Below are positions 16,609-24,621 of a stretch of DNA of 24,621 nucleotides, one piece after another. The notes beneath the pieces were generated by a model. The model saw only the letters and a program-made list of their open reading frames with translations, was not told the origin of the DNA and made no database searches. Position numbers and translations under genes: made by a program. Within the stretch, counting starts at the first letter, position 1. Each line of letters begins with the position of its first letter. The stretch is from Planctomycetota bacterium (GTDB lineage Bacteria > Planctomycetota > GCA-002687715 > DRQF01), in assembly GCA_027001995.1 (NCBI GenBank), contig JALTLO010000191.1, positions 1 to 24,621 on the forward strand, in the 5' to 3' direction.

Positions 16609-18405
16609 ATGTTACGGATTTTACTACTGACCCTAATTCTTTCGACGACACTCTGGGCCCAATCCAATCGAGACGACTTAACGCCCTTAGACATCTGCTA
16701 CACAACCCGTGTGAGTGACGACAAGGCTACGATCTTTGTTGAATTAGAAGTCATAAATGTGGCCAGGCCCACCGTACATTTGGCTATGCCGAATTGGTCA
16801 CCAGGTGCCTATCGTCTGGGAGGATATGGCCGTCGTATTAAAGACCTCAAGGTGACCGACGGCCAGGGGAAGGAGCTGGCCTTGACTCAGTTGGATCAGC
16901 AGACATGGAGCGTCGAAACAAGGGGCAGTAAGATGCTGGTGGCCTCATATTCTTTGCCTGTACGATCAAGGCGGAGACTCGGACGCTCCAGAAATTCGAA
17001 ACCAAGAACTGGCTTCCAAATCGCCGGCCCGTCGACCTATATCTATCTCAAGGGGGCCAAGCATTTCCCTGTCTTGTCGCGCTATCAAATTCCACAGGGC
17101 TGGGGCATCGCCAATGGGCTCATCCCTACCGCCGATGAAAATGTCAGACGGGCACGAGACTACGACACTTTCATCGATGCCCCGACAATCCTGGGGATCT
17201 TCAAAGAGAAGAATTTTGAGATAAACGGCACGCCTTTTAGCTGTATCTTCTTTCAAAACAGTCAAGAGTACGACTTTGATTTGGACGCTTTTGTTGATGT
17301 CTGCCGGAAAATCTGTGCCAGTCAGGGCGAGCTTTATGGGAGTTTTCCTTTCGCCAATTATGTTTTTCTTTTCACTCTACCTGGGGGAGGAGGCCTGGAG
17401 CACCTGAATTCTACAAGCATCGGTTTGAGTCCCACTAGAATGAAGAGAAACGTCAACAGTGGGGCGTCTGTGACTTCTCACGAGTTTTTTCACACTTGGA
17501 ATGTGAAGCGAATCCGTCCTCAGACTTTGGGGCCATTTGAATACGAGCACGAAAACTACACGGGCAATCTTTGGGTCTCCGAGGGATGGACATCTTACTA
17601 TGGTGATTTGACTCTCTGTCGAACAGGAATCTTAAGCCCTGGGGACTATCTACAAGGTTTGTCTCGAATCTGTGAGCGAGAATTCAACAAAGAAGGACGT
17701 CTCAACCACTCGGTCTTCTGGGCGAGCCGGAATGTTTGGCACGGTCGCAAACCAGGGGAGCCCGCCCGAGTCGACTATTATGGGACCGGGGAAATCCTGG
17801 GTGCCATGATTGATCTTAAGATTCGCGAAGAAACGAATAACCGCAAGTCTCTGGATGACGTCATGCGTTTCTTGAATCGTTGGTTCGCTGAGTCGAACGA
17901 GGGATTCAAAGAAGGTGACGTCGAAAGGGCTTGCACGGCAATCAGCAACTATGACTTCAAGGAGTTCTTCGCTCGGCACGTCTACGGGACGATGGATCCG
18001 CCCTTGGCTGAATATTTCGCTTTTGCCGGGATCGAATACACAGAACGCCATGTCGAAGCGGCGTTTCCTTTTACCTACCGTAAAGGTGCCAGTGGATTGC
18101 GGGTTTTTGGGCGTCGTCCCAGCCGAATGACCGACGAAAATATTCCCAAACGCGGCGACACTGTGGTTCAGGTCAATGGCAAAAAGTTGGACGACCCTTG
18201 GACATTTCTTGAGTCACATAAAGCCGGTGATGCCATCAAATTGGTCGTGCAAAACGGCGAGACCGAAAGGGAAGTCACGGTCAACCTGATTGAAAAGAAG
18301 ACAATGATTCCATCGATCCGCCTCATTAAGCAAGCGAACGAACGCCAGATGAGAATTCGGGAAGGCTGGCTCCGTGGCTTCCACGAAACAGGCCCCTCAA
18401 AGTAG
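16609..18405 (+). CDS. Secreted M61 family (glycyl) aminopeptidase with C-terminal PDZ-like domain
   Basis: Signal peptide, MPNWSPGAY, GGGLEHLNS, zinc motif HEFFHTWNVKRIRP, LWVSEGWTSYY, and PDZ-like GDTVVQVNG. Confidence 0.93.
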   Translation: MLRILLLTLILSTTLWAQSNRDDLTPLDICYTTRVSDDKATIFVELEVINVARPTVHLAMPNWSPGAYRLGGYGRRIKDLKVTDGQGKELALTQLDQQTWSVETRGSKMLVASYSLPVRSRRRLGRSRNSKPRTGFQIAGPSTYIYLKGAKHFPVLSRYQIPQGWGIANGLIPTADENVRRARDYDTFIDAPTILGIFKEKNFEINGTPFSCIFFQNSQEYDFDLDAFVDVCRKICASQGELYGSFPFANYVFLFTLPGGGGLEHLNSTSIGLSPTRMKRNVNSGASVTSHEFFHTWNVKRIRPQTLGPFEYEHENYTGNLWVSEGWTSYYGDLTLCRTGILSPGDYLQGLSRICEREFNKEGRLNHSVFWASRNVWHGRKPGEPARVDYYGTGEILGAMIDLKIREETNNRKSLDDVMRFLNRWFAESNEGFKEGDVERACTAISNYDFKEFFARHVYGTMDPPLAEYFAFAGIEYTERHVEAAFPFTYRKGASGLRVFGRRPSRMTDENIPKRGDTVVQVNGKKLDDPWTFLESHKAGDAIKLVVQNGETEREVTVNLIEKKTMIPSIRLIKQANERQMRIREGWLRGFHETGPSK

Positions 18406-18877
18406 TCACGAGAGAGCCACTTCGGGGACGATTTCCCGACAATCAAGTTCAAGAGTTTGAAAAGCAGCAGAGTGGCAATCTGTTCCTGATAGATGTTCAA
18501 CTGCTCGGCGAAACGAGGCTCCGTTTCATTCGACGATCGCCGTCTCAATTTGAGATTTCGGTGAATTGCCTAGCCCCAAAAATTTCGGTCTTAATAGAAA
18601 AATTCGGCTATGACTTGAGGTTTTAACCCCAGACGCGGACCCGTTTGGGAGTGATCTGTTCGTGGCGTGTTCGATCTAAATCAATACTTAGGTGTGCTTT
18701 GTGAGTTCCACGAGGCTATCTCCCTGATGAGATAGTGCGTTAGGCAGAATAAAAGAACACCTCACTTATCTTAAGGATTTGTGTTCTTTCCGTTAAGGGA
18801 TCTTTATGACCGGGTCGATACCCCAATTGACGGCGCTTCATTCAGGCTCGCCGGATATGATTTTGAGGAATCCAAAG

Positions 18878-19393
18878 ATGACAGAAGTGGCCAGTTCGTC
18901 GCCCTCAGCGACAGCAAGCTTGGGTGGAAAATACTTTACTTTCAAACTCGGCAACGAGGAGTATGGCGTAGAGATCTTGAAGGTCCGAGAAATCATCGGC
19001 CTCATGAGCGTCACTGAGGTACCAAGGACGCCAGAACATGTTCGTGGTGTCATCAATCTGCGGGGCAAGATCATTCCCGTTCTCGATATTCGAATTAAGT
19101 TTGGTCTCGCTGTTGCTGCAGACACAGACGAGACCTGCATCATTGTCATCGATGCAGAACACCAAGGCGGACTCATTCAGATAGGTGCTGTCGTTGACAG
19201 CGTGTGCGAGGTCTTGGACATCGCGGAAGCCGACATCGAAAACGCCCCGTCTTTTGGCGGAAATCTTGAATGCCGCTTCATTCGTGGCATCGCCAAGATG
19301 GGGGACAGTGTCAAGATTTTGCTCGAAATCGAAGATGTGCTCACATCGGAAGAACTTCAACATTTTGGCCACGATGGCGGTGAGTCACGTTGA
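18878..19393 (+). CDS. cheW: Chemotaxis scaffold protein CheW
   Basis: Motifs [39 protein letters not shown] and GAVVDSV. ATG 18878 behind GAGGA. Confidence 0.95.
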   Translation: MTEVASSSPSATASLGGKYFTFKLGNEEYGVEILKVREIIGLMSVTEVPRTPEHVRGVINLRGKIIPVLDIRIKFGLAVAADTDETCIIVIDAEHQGGLIQIGAVVDSVCEVLDIAEADIENAPSFGGNLECRFIRGIAKMGDSVKILLEIEDVLTSEELQHFGHDGGESR

Positions 19394-19442
19394 ATCTGTG
19401 AGGCCGAAGAACCAAAGGAATTCAGGAAAAGGGAAGAAGGAA

Positions 19443-21890
19443 ATGTCTAGTAATACAACAAACGCCCCAGCAGATGTCGATGTCACAAAAGAAGTTTCGA
19501 AATTCTTCACGACTCTTACGGCGATAAACCAATGTCATGAAAGTGCTACACCCATCGAAGACATGTTTGGGGCAATCGCCAACAACATGAATTTCTCTTC
19601 GGGTTTGCTTTGGGTCTGTGATGGAGAAGGGATGCCGAAAGAAATCTCACTTCGCCATGGGCCAGTGGTTCCGGCAACGGAATCGGTTCCCGAGATGGCG
19701 ACCCAGGGGCCATGGCAGCAAATGTCTCATTCTCGAGGTCCAGCGTCAGCGAATTTGGATTCAGTGGGCCATAGCCCCCGTTATGCCGCTGCTTCTGCTG
19801 CAGGAATTCAGTCGACTATTCTGGTACCGGTCTGCAGTCCGGATCATTGGACTGCCGTCTTTGAGTTCTTCGCTGAAGATGATTTCGCTTGCGAAAATAG
19901 TACAACTCAGACCATGGCGGTGGCTGCCCAGATCCTCGCCGCCCAGTGCAATCAAAATGCCTTGCAAGGGTCGGTCGCCATCGGCAACGCATCAAGGAAT
20001 GGTTCTATGAACGCCTTGATTTGCATTGACAAGGATCTCGTTGTTACTGAAGTCAACCAAGCGTCCATTGATCTTCTGACCGAATACTTGCCCCATTTCC
20101 AAGAGGCCTTCCCTGGATTCCAGATCAGTCAAGTTCTGGGAGCGAACATCGATTCATTTCATCGCAACCCAGAGCACAATCGGCGGATGCTGGCGGAGTG
20201 CAAGTCTTGGCCCCTAAAATCTGAAATCAACATTGGCGACCTGGTGTTCGAGCTTTCCATCAGTGAAGCGCGAGACAAACATGGTGATCTCAGAGGATAC
20301 GCATTGGAATGGATGGAGATTGGGAAGGCCCGAGACGTGGCCACCCAGGCGGCACGCCAAGACTCCATGATCGAAAATTGCGAAGCCATGTTCATGACCG
20401 CCGATCTGGATCTGAAGATCACCTATTGCAATCCCAGTGTGCTTCGCATGTTGCAAAAATACGAAGGCCAATTGCAGAAAGCTTTCCCGAACTTCAACGT
20501 GAACAATCTCGTTGGAATCTGTGTTGATGATTTTCATGTGAACCCAGCTCATCAAAGAAACATCCTGTCGAACCCTGCCAATTTACCCGTAACCAGCGCC
20601 TTGCAATTGGGGCCACTCCATTTCGCTGTGACAGCGATGGCCTTGCGGGACTCAGAAGGAGAATTCGTTGGCGTGGCAGTTCAATGGACAGATCTCAACG
20701 ACCGAGAACGCTATCGGGAACAAGTGAACGGTGTCATTGAAGCGGTCAGGACCGGAAATCTATCCCAGCGGGGTGATCTGGATGCTGTGTCCCCGGACTT
20801 TGCAGAAATGCTCCAGGGTGTCAACGATGTGGTTGATCAGTTTGTGCGGCCTTTGCAGTCCATTGGGAATGTTGTGAAGTATCTGTCGCAACAAGATTTG
20901 ACCCACCGCATGGATGGTGAGTTCGAGGGCGACTTTGCCGCGATGCAAGAGCAGTTCAATGAAGCTCTGGCCAACATGGAGCAAGTTGTTGGACGGGTCG
21001 GTGCCTCCGCTGCTGACGTAGCGATGGCTGCGGATACCATTAACGAAGGTGCGGCGAAATTGGCCGACGGAGCCAGCACCCAGGCCAGCGCCATTGAAGA
21101 AATCTCAGCTTCATTGGAGGAAATGACCTCCATGACCCACCAAAACGCAGACAATTCCTCTGAAGCTCGATCTTTGGCCGCCAACGCTCAGGAGTCAGCA
21201 AAAACTGGTCAAGAGACAATGACGGACATGCAAGAGGCCATCAGCGCTATCAAGAACTCCAGTGATGAAACCGCTGCGATCGTGAAAACGATCGAAGAGA
21301 TTGCCTTTCAAACCAACCTGCTCGCTTTGAATGCTGCTGTTGAAGCAGCCCGCGCCGGTGACGCTGGCAAGGGGTTTGCTGTTGTGGCTGAAGAAGTGAG
21401 GTCACTGGCTCAACGGTCAGCAGAGGCGGCAAAAGACACAGCTCGCTTGATTGCAGGTGCTGTCAAGAATGCCGACTCTGGTGTCACCATTTCGAGTCGG
21501 GTAGGGGAGTTGTTGACGGAAATATTCGACGGTTCTACCAAAGTAAACGACCTCGTGGCCGAAATCGCCGCTGCTTCGAAAGAACAGGCTGATGGTGTGT
21601 CACAAATCAATGGGGCCGTTGACCAAATGAACAAAGTCACCCAAGAGAATGCTGCGAATAGCGAGGAATCTTCCGCTTCAGCCATTCAAATGAAGGCAGA
21701 AGTCGATCGCTTGGCGGAACTGGCAGGCATGTTCGTCGTCGGAGACGTTCAGGAAGAAGAGGAAGAAGCCCCACAACGGCCAGCGAAGACCAAGCCACGT
21801 CCTCGGAAGGCTCCACGGGTCAAGGCTCCTGCGGCCGAATCGGCAAGGGATTTCTTTCCCTTAGACGACGATGAAATCGATGATTTTTAG
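19443..21890 (+). CDS. Soluble methyl-accepting chemotaxis protein, GAF-PAS-PAS-HAMP-HAMP-MA (Aer2-like)
   Basis: No transmembrane helix. GAF-like [25 protein letters not shown]. Two Aer2-type PAS domains (FHRNPEH...[11 protein letters not shown]...QWTD). Signalling tip [20 protein letters not shown]. Start at ATG 19443 behind AAGGA. Confidence 0.93.
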   Translation: MSSNTTNAPADVDVTKEVSKFFTTLTAINQCHESATPIEDMFGAIANNMNFSSGLLWVCDGEGMPKEISLRHGPVVPATESVPEMATQGPWQQMSHSRGPASANLDSVGHSPRYAAASAAGIQSTILVPVCSPDHWTAVFEFFAEDDFACENSTTQTMAVAAQILAAQCNQNALQGSVAIGNASRNGSMNALICIDKDLVVTEVNQASIDLLTEYLPHFQEAFPGFQISQVLGANIDSFHRNPEHNRRMLAECKSWPLKSEINIGDLVFELSISEARDKHGDLRGYALEWMEIGKARDVATQAARQDSMIENCEAMFMTADLDLKITYCNPSVLRMLQKYEGQLQKAFPNFNVNNLVGICVDDFHVNPAHQRNILSNPANLPVTSALQLGPLHFAVTAMALRDSEGEFVGVAVQWTDLNDRERYREQVNGVIEAVRTGNLSQRGDLDAVSPDFAEMLQGVNDVVDQFVRPLQSIGNVVKYLSQQDLTHRMDGEFEGDFAAMQEQFNEALANMEQVVGRVGASAADVAMAADTINEGAAKLADGASTQASAIEEISASLEEMTSMTHQNADNSSEARSLAANAQESAKTGQETMTDMQEAISAIKNSSDETAAIVKTIEEIAFQTNLLALNAAVEAARAGDAGKGFAVVAEEVRSLAQRSAEAAKDTARLIAGAVKNADSGVTISSRVGELLTEIFDGSTKVNDLVAEIAAASKEQADGVSQINGAVDQMNKVTQENAANSEESSASAIQMKAEVDRLAELAGMFVVGDVQEEEEEAPQRPAKTKPRPRKAPRVKAPAAESARDFFPLDDDEIDDF

Positions 21891-21913
21891 TCGCGCCCCC
21901 GAATAGCGGGGTT

Positions 21914-21929
21914 AGGCAAACAAGTTGCA
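21914..21929 (+). promoter_or_regulatory. Candidate sigma54 (-24/-12) promoter upstream of cheR
   Basis: AGGCAAACAAGTTGCA has GG (21915-16), N10, GC (21927-28), matching TGGCAC-N5-TTGCW apart from two positions. Confidence 0.4.
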
Positions 21930-21965
21930 ATAGGGTTTGGCACTCAGTTCTGGAGCAAACATCAA

Positions 21966-22763
21966 GTGAAAACAGCATCGTTCGAATTTCTTCGCAAGAC
22001 GATTCATGATGAGAGTGGCATTGTGGTCAATGAAGACAAGATGGCCATGGTTGCGGCTCGGCTGACCAAGAGAGTTCGTTCTCTGGGGTTGGCGAATGAC
22101 GAAGACTATATTGCCTTCTTGAAAGAGAACAGGAAAACCGAAATTGTCGAGCTTCTCGACGTTATTTCAACCAACGTGACGCGGTTCTATCGTGAGGATC
22201 AACACTTCAAGTTTCTCGATGAGTACTTAATTGACATCCTGAACACTGGACGAAAGCGCATCAGGATTTGGTGTGCAGCCTCGTCTACGGGAGAGGAACC
22301 CTACACGTTGGCAATCACGGCACTGGAAGCTCTGCGCAAGACCGGTAAGCAAGTTGACCTTAAGATCTTGGCAACAGACATCTCACCCACGGTGTTGGGT
22401 CACGCACAGCGGGGAGTCTATTCTGAACAGAACGCGGGGCCGATCCCCCCAGAGCTGCTGGATCGCTACTTCGATAAGGTTGATGGCCAGTTTGTTGCCA
22501 AGGAAATCTTGAAACAGATGCTGGTGTTTCGTCGGGTCAACTTGATGGATCAGCCATTTCCTCTCAAGGGACCATTGGACCTCATTTTTTGCCGGAACGT
22601 CATGATCTATTTCAATAGTACGGACAGACGCAAGGTCGTCGAAGGTTTCTGCAAATTGTTGACACCTGATGGACGCTTGGTTGTGGGACTATCCGAAAGT
22701 CTCAATGGCATGGGGGATGTTGTGGAACGAGATGGGGCTTCTATCTACCGGAGGGTTCTATGA
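21966..22763 (+). CDS. cheR: Chemotaxis methyltransferase CheR
   Basis: Motifs STNVTRFYRE, RIWCAASSTGEEPYTLA, ILATDIS and DLIFCRNVMIYF. Confidence 0.96.
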   Translation: MKTASFEFLRKTIHDESGIVVNEDKMAMVAARLTKRVRSLGLANDEDYIAFLKENRKTEIVELLDVISTNVTRFYREDQHFKFLDEYLIDILNTGRKRIRIWCAASSTGEEPYTLAITALEALRKTGKQVDLKILATDISPTVLGHAQRGVYSEQNAGPIPPELLDRYFDKVDGQFVAKEILKQMLVFRRVNLMDQPFPLKGPLDLIFCRNVMIYFNSTDRRKVVEGFCKLLTPDGRLVVGLSESLNGMGDVVERDGASIYRRVL

Positions 22764-23263
22764 GCCTTGTGAGCCAAGAGAAAAAGCAACTCGTTGTGGT
22801 GGGGGTCGCAGAGATTGCGCTTTCCAAGAAGTCGGACGACGTGATTATCACTTATGCCTTGGGGTCCTGCCTGGGGATTACGGTTTATGATCCTGAGCTC
22901 AAAATTGGCGCCCTCGTTCATTGTTTACTTCCTAGTGCCAAGAAACATCCAGAGAAAGGGGAGTCTAAACCTTCCATGTATGTGGACACCGGCATGATGG
23001 ACCTGATGCAGAAAATGAAATTCCACGGTTCGGAAATCGATCGCTTAGTGATCAAAGTGGCCGGCGGCGCCAACCCCATCGACAAGACTGGCATGTTTAA
23101 GGTGGGCGAAAGGAATCACACAATGCTTCGCCGAATCTTGTGGAAAAATGGCCTGTTCACCGCCGCTGAAGATGTGGGTGGGACCAAGCCTCGGACAATA
23201 AGTTTGGACATAGAAACTGGGCTCGTCCTGGTTCGTTCGGACAGAAATGAGGTGGAACTATGA
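22760..23263 (+). CDS. cheD: Chemoreceptor glutamine deamidase CheD
   Basis: ALGSCLG (catalytic Cys), VHCLLP (catalytic His), KVAGGA, GERN and EDVGG..PR. Confidence 0.95.
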   Translation: MSLVSQEKKQLVVVGVAEIALSKKSDDVIITYALGSCLGITVYDPELKIGALVHCLLPSAKKHPEKGESKPSMYVDTGMMDLMQKMKFHGSEIDRLVIKVAGGANPIDKTGMFKVGERNHTMLRRILWKNGLFTAAEDVGGTKPRTISLDIETGLVLVRSDRNEVEL

Positions 23264-24114
23264 CCTCCGAAGCTCTTTCCGGTCGTGAGGCCGTTTTGAA
23301 TGAGATCGAGAGAATTCCCATGTTGTCGTCCGCCGTCGTCGAGCTCTTGCAGCTTCTACAAGGCGACGATGATGATCTGGACGCACAAGCGATCAAGGCT
23401 ATCGTCGAAAAAGACCCAGGGATCTCCGCTCGTGTCTTGTCTTTGGCCAATTCGCCTCTCTATTCCAGGGGTTTCGAGATTGCTTCCGTTGACGGAGCTC
23501 TATCAAGACTTGGACTGAAGAAGTTAGCGAAGATTACCTTAGAGGCGAGTCTCCAGAAAATGAGCTCAGTCGATCTTTCCGGTTATGACTTGGGTGCAGA
23601 TGGTCTCTGGACCCACGCTGTGGCCACTTCGATCGCTGCCAAGGGACTTGTGCAGCATCTCGAGCTCGAAGATGATGGCAGTTTGCACGCAGCAGGACTC
23701 CTCCACAATGTTGGTCGGATCGCGCTTCAGGCAGCCTTTGGTGAGCAACTTCGCGATTTAGACTTGGAAGATGACGAGTCCTTCGCCGACGCAGAATTGA
23801 GAATCTGCGGGATCGAAACAACAGATGCCAGCGCCTGCTTGATGGAGCATTGGCGTCTCCCTCAGAAGCTAGTTGATTCTGTTCGCTATCTGCAAAATCC
23901 TCAGGACGCTCCTGAGGACTCGAGACTGGCTGCCGAGGTCATTCATCTGGCAACCCACATTAGCAATTGTGGGGGCTGGGGCGTTGGCAGGGATGGGACT
24001 GCCCATCGCGTATCCAAAGAAACAATTCAACAGCTCAACGTCAGTGCGGGTGTTATTGACGATGTGCTTGAAGAAACAATGATTGAAATGGCGAGTTGGA
24101 GCAATGGATCATGA
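23260..24114 (+). CDS. Stand-alone HDOD domain protein
   Basis: Motifs IP.LS, DPGISARVLSLANSPLY, ALSRLG, LWTHAVATS, AGLLHNVGR and EHWRLP. Confidence 0.92.
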   Translation: MTSEALSGREAVLNEIERIPMLSSAVVELLQLLQGDDDDLDAQAIKAIVEKDPGISARVLSLANSPLYSRGFEIASVDGALSRLGLKKLAKITLEASLQKMSSVDLSGYDLGADGLWTHAVATSIAAKGLVQHLELEDDGSLHAAGLLHNVGRIALQAAFGEQLRDLDLEDDESFADAELRICGIETTDASACLMEHWRLPQKLVDSVRYLQNPQDAPEDSRLAAEVIHLATHISNCGGWGVGRDGTAHRVSKETIQQLNVSAGVIDDVLEETMIEMASWSNGS

Positions 24115-24497
24115 GTTACAAAATCCTAATTGTGGACGATTCCAGAACCACGCGGAAAATGATTGGCCGGTCACTCAAGATGGCGAAGATTCCTATCGAC
24201 GAGTTACTTGAGGCTGAGAATGGGGCCGAAGGTTTACAGGTTCTGAAAGTGGTCGATATCGACATGATTTTTTCAGATCTGAATATGCCGATCATGACAG
24301 GATTCGAGATGATCGACAAGATCAAGGCTGATGATGCTGTCATGGACATTCCCCTCATCGTGATTTCAACGGAGGGAAGTTCTCTTCGAATCTCGGAGCT
24401 GAAGAACAAGGGAGTGGATGGCTATATCCGTAAGCCTTTCAAACCAGAAGAAGTGCGCGATGAAGTTTGGAAAGTCGTAAAGGAGTCTTTGAAATGA
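24111..24497 (+). CDS. cheY: CheY-like single-domain response regulator
   Basis: ILIVDDS, phospho-acceptor SDLNMP, VIST and KPF. ATGA overlap with the HDOD stop. Confidence 0.9.
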   Translation: MSYKILIVDDSRTTRKMIGRSLKMAKIPIDELLEAENGAEGLQVLKVVDIDMIFSDLNMPIMTGFEMIDKIKADDAVMDIPLIVISTEGSSLRISELKNKGVDGYIRKPFKPEEVRDEVWKVVKESLK

Positions 24498-24621
24498 GTC
24501 AGGCAACCTTAGATTCTGTCCCCATTCTCTTGGAAGTGTTGGAGACTATGACTTTCATGAGTGGGATCGTCATGCCCCAAGAGGAAATTCCCTCCGAAAT
24601 TCCCGGAGCATTGGAAGCATC
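24494..24621 (+). CDS. cheX: CheX-like phosphatase, N-terminal part (runs off the window)
   Basis: ATGA overlap with the cheY stop. Reads MSQATLDSVPILLEVLETMTFMSG..., and EVLETMxF resembles the first helix of CheX-like proteins. The catalytic ExxN is outside the window. Confidence 0.55.
   Translation, partial: MSQATLDSVPILLEVLETMTFMSGIVMPQEEIPSEIPGALEA

Noticed and set aside
19185..19442. 86-aa N-terminal extension of the MCP
   Set aside because: It overlaps cheW in another frame, and ATG 19443 has a good RBS.
21938..21952. Second TGGCAC sigma54-like half-site before cheR
   Set aside because: It lacks the GC at the -12 position (GG-N10-TG).
1..24621. CRISPR arrays, IS elements, prophage or defence genes
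   Set aside because: I saw no regularly spaced repeats and no transposase, integrase or phage motifs. ruvC is the canonical host resolvase, not a Cas/TnpB RuvC domain.

Overview
Bacterial chromosomal window of roughly 50% GC. Protein styles suggest a Planctomycetota-like diderm, which is inference only. The left and middle parts are mostly housekeeping. On the minus strand lie trmD-rplS, a secDF fusion, a LysM membrane protein, an iscS-type cysteine desulfurase and tRNA-Gly(GCC). Diverging from these are ribE-trpS and a coupled four-gene unit (beta-rich lipoprotein, TPR lipoprotein, YbjN/chaperone-fold-like protein, dtd). Next come ruvC, a secreted (IPT-PPC)x2 repeat protein, ispD-ispF, a secreted helical-repeat protein, an SRPBCC protein and an M61 aminopeptidase. 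The right end is the start of a chemosensory cluster: cheW, a soluble GAF-PAS-PAS-HAMP Aer2-like receptor, cheR, cheD, a degenerate HDOD protein, cheY and a cheX-like gene that runs off the window. The best candidates for undescribed biology are this Aer2/HDOD/CheX chemosensory system and the lipoprotein-TPR-YbjN-dtd unit. I saw no mobile elements, CRISPR arrays or rRNA genes.
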